From assembly GCA_904063045.1 (NCBI GenBank), contig CAJFCJ010000020.1, positions 1,480,916-1,544,915 of the forward strand: a DNA stretch of 64,000 bases, given 5' to 3'. This stretch comes from Dimorphilus gyrociliatus. Its lineage: Eukaryota; Animalia; Annelida. Below are positions 61,701-64,000 of this stretch, piece after piece. The position numbers and the translations under genes are program-made. The notes beneath the pieces were generated by a model that saw only the letters and a list, made by a program, of their open reading frames with translations, made no database searches and had not been told where the DNA came from. Numbering within the stretch: the first letter of the stretch is position 1; the number at the start of each line of letters is the position of its first letter.

Positions 61701-64000
61701 GGATATTAACAATCTTTCCTCTATCTCTTTCAGCCAGCGCCCACGTTTTGATGATTTCTGATTTACCGCAGCCAGCGCTTCCAGTAACAACCAGAGTTCT
61801 TCTACCAATTGATAATTGAGCTAACTGTAGAACTCTAGCTTCGAAAGATGAACCAGACACAAGCCCTAAACCAATGGTGGACAGAGCTATAGCATCTTCA
61901 ATCTTCTCTATTGGGTCTCGATTTTCATTTATTGCTCCAACTATTGGAGTATTTATCTGAATTACGCTACCAGCTGTCGATACCCTTAAAATATCTGCCT
62001 CGGGAGAGGGTTCTCTTGCTCCAGTAAAGATTAAAGGAACTTTGTTATTGGGCCACATGTCATTGATCAATCTGTTGAAGTTATTTGTAAATTAAATGAT
62101 TTATTATAAAGTTTTCATTAAAATATAAACCTACCGTATGAGCATGAGTGTATTCTTTTCATTGTCAATACAAGGCATAAATGAGTTTCTTATTGCAATT
62201 ACTATTGCCTCATCTTCATCTTCTCCGTTAAACTCTTCCAACAAGATACCTGCTTCCATAGCTATTGCTTTCAGAGCTAGCTGTGACGGTCTAATATCAT
62301 CTATTAAGTCTCTTATCAGTTCTAATAGATTGGTTGTCTTTCTCGCCAATTGCGAGGCATTTTCAAAACCCTGAGATGTTAAAAGAACTTCTGTGTATAG
62401 TCGTAGATTTGGCGGAACAAGTGATACCACTCTAAAATGATCCAAAAGCTCAGCTGGAAGTGGAACAACTTTTGGAGCTGAAATATTTTTTCCAGGTGGT
62501 AGACCAAGAACAGATGATTTGTCGAATACTTTTTTTGTGTCCATAAGAGCGAAGCATGCTCCTAGTTTATTAAATGGTACATCCATTGATTCAATGTGGA
62601 CACTTGACTTTTCCTCTTTGTATGCTTCTCTTATAGCATCAAGTAACTGGGCAAACGTTGCTAGAACGGGAACAGGTATAAGATTGATTTTATTCCAAGC
62701 CATCCACGCTCCTGCACCACAAAAACCCTTGAAAACATTATATAACAGAGCAGAAGTGGTGTCTGAACAACAACTCATAACATAAAGAGGTCTGCCAAGA
62801 GATCTTGCCAATTCCGTAACTGTTTCTAGCTTTCCGGACCCCTCTTCACCAATTAACAGTCCACCAAGTTGCCCTGCTATGGCTTGAGCCATATGAAGAA
62901 ACACCCTCTCGGTGTGAGGAGTTAAAATTTGCCTTTGAGCTGAGCCCATGTATTCAAATCCATATTCTAATTCAACATCGTGAACTCTAATGACAACTGA
63001 ACGGTTTCCTTCGTTGAAGGAATACAAGAATTGAGATGTCCAAAGGAAAGAGTTATTTATATTTGAGTTTCCTGCTTTTTGTTCTTCTTTTATTCTTTCA
63101 AGGAGATTTTTATGATGAGTTAATAAAGCAATTATGGACTGAATTTTATGTAACTGAGCTGGCAATAGCATTAATTTAATTTCTTTATCATCAATAACTT
63201 CCTCTTCTTCCTCGTTGTCCTTTTCAGAAATAAGAGGAGGTTCTAATGCTGTAAGAGTCATAGTTGTTTCGCCTTTTTCAGGCGACTTTTTAGACTTTTC
63301 TTCACCTTCTGGATCTTCTTTTTCTTCATTTTCTTCCTGCTTTTCTTCTTGATCTTTAGCCTCTTCCTGCTCCCTTTTAGCTCTCTCTTCTTCACCTTCC
63401 GCTCCCTTAAGCATAAGAACAGTGTGGCGGATATTCTCTTCAACTAAAGTTAAAGATTCATCAATACTATCCGGTTTACCTCCGTCCAAATTCTCCACAG
63501 TTTCGGTGGCTGATTGAGATAATTCTATCAACTTGGAGAGGTATATAATTTCTGTAACATGATTTAGTAACAAAGAACCAGCCTCTTCTACTTCTGGTTC
63601 TTCTTCTTTTTCCTCAATGGCAGGAGTCTTTTGACCAGTTGTTGGAGTTTTTTGACCAGTTGCGGGAGTCTTCCTTCCCGCTGCCGTACTTGCTCTTCCA
63701 GCAGTACTCGATCTGCCAATGGCTGGAGGTGGCACTGTTTGAATTATTTTCTTTTTCTTAGGTCTAATTCGTCTAAATTCTGGAATTGGTTCCAGTTGAA
63801 GAGCTGTAACCATTTGGCCAACAAGACTCTTTCTCATTCCCTTAAATAATTGTAGTAACCAAGTTTCAACTGGAGAATCAGTTAAAACTGGTTTTTCTAT
63901 GGGTAAGCGCTCACCAAGAGCAGATAAAACAGACGTTATTTTCGATCCAAATTTATCTTCATCTGTAAGAATTTCGTGTTCAATTCCACCAATTCCTTCA
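52737..64000 (-). CDS. DNHD1: Degenerate dynein heavy chain (DNHD1-like); 5' end outside window
   Basis: In order: linker (SPVETWLLQL), LEYGFEYMG, AAA1 (GEEGSGKLET), AAA2 (TGSAGCGKSE), AAA3 (TGANGAGKTS, LMLFVDDLH), AAA4 remnant, coiled-coil stalk with MTBD-like insert, Glu-rich insert, AAA5 (WQRPPILNDP), AAA6 and C-terminal block (GLQLQGCQWN). Exons run approximately >64000-62133, 62069-60637, 59909-58446 and 58380-52756. The orthology label is inference from the degeneracy pattern. Confidence 0.75.
56751..56793 (-). repeat. (GAA/GAG)n coding repeat giving a poly-Glu run in the dynein-like protein
   Basis: The TTC/CTC run on the plus strand translates as DEEEEEEEEEEEEEEAEE. Confidence 0.95.
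63616..63718 (-). repeat. 21-bp coding repeat (RASTAAG-RKTPATG-QKTPTTG-QKTPAIE)
   Basis: GGAGTyTTTTGACCAGTT recurs with 21-nt period on the plus strand, plus degenerate copies. Confidence 0.85.

Noticed and set aside
1-64000. Search for tRNA, rRNA, snRNA, transposase or reverse transcriptase ORFs, and horizontally transferred bacterial genes
   Set aside because: None recognised by eye. All long ORFs belong to intron-containing animal genes. A tRNAscan-SE, Infernal or RepeatMasker run would be needed to exclude small or decayed elements.

Overview
AT-rich, gene-dense eukaryotic (bilaterian animal) DNA. Most introns are very short GT-AG (about 45-75 nt) and intergenic gaps are 0.3-1.3 kb. This architecture resembles the compact annelid Dimorphilus gyrociliatus, but that is inference only. 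Gene models were spliced by eye. In order: astacin-3xShK protease (5' partial), GPI-type Ly6/three-finger protein, an 82-aa orphan membrane microprotein, a complete ankyrin (24 repeats, ZU5-ZU5-UPA, death domain), NDNF/nord-like, MEK1/2, a decayed duplicate of the MEK 3' end, an orphan four-TM protein, an IRAK/Pelle-like kinase pseudogene, a degenerate single-domain FKBP, C17orf75/Njmu-R1, MAK16, Acinus, an espin/forked-like ankyrin-repeat protein, adenosine kinase, METTL6, SGSM3, DHRS7B, a large acidic repeat exon, and the 3' two-thirds of a degenerate dynein heavy chain (DNHD1-like, 5' partial). I see no RNA genes, CRISPR arrays or recognisable transposon ORFs. The strongest signal is repeated diversification by tandem exon duplication in otherwise conserved genes. 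(1) MEK has two homologous, frame-enforced mutually exclusive exons that swap the end of the proline-rich loop plus helix alphaG. (2) SGSM3 has three intact homologous last exons. (3) MEK also has a duplicated, frameshifted pair of terminal exons. (4) The dynein-like gene has phase-compatible alternative endings, one adding a 484-aa acidic repeat tail.
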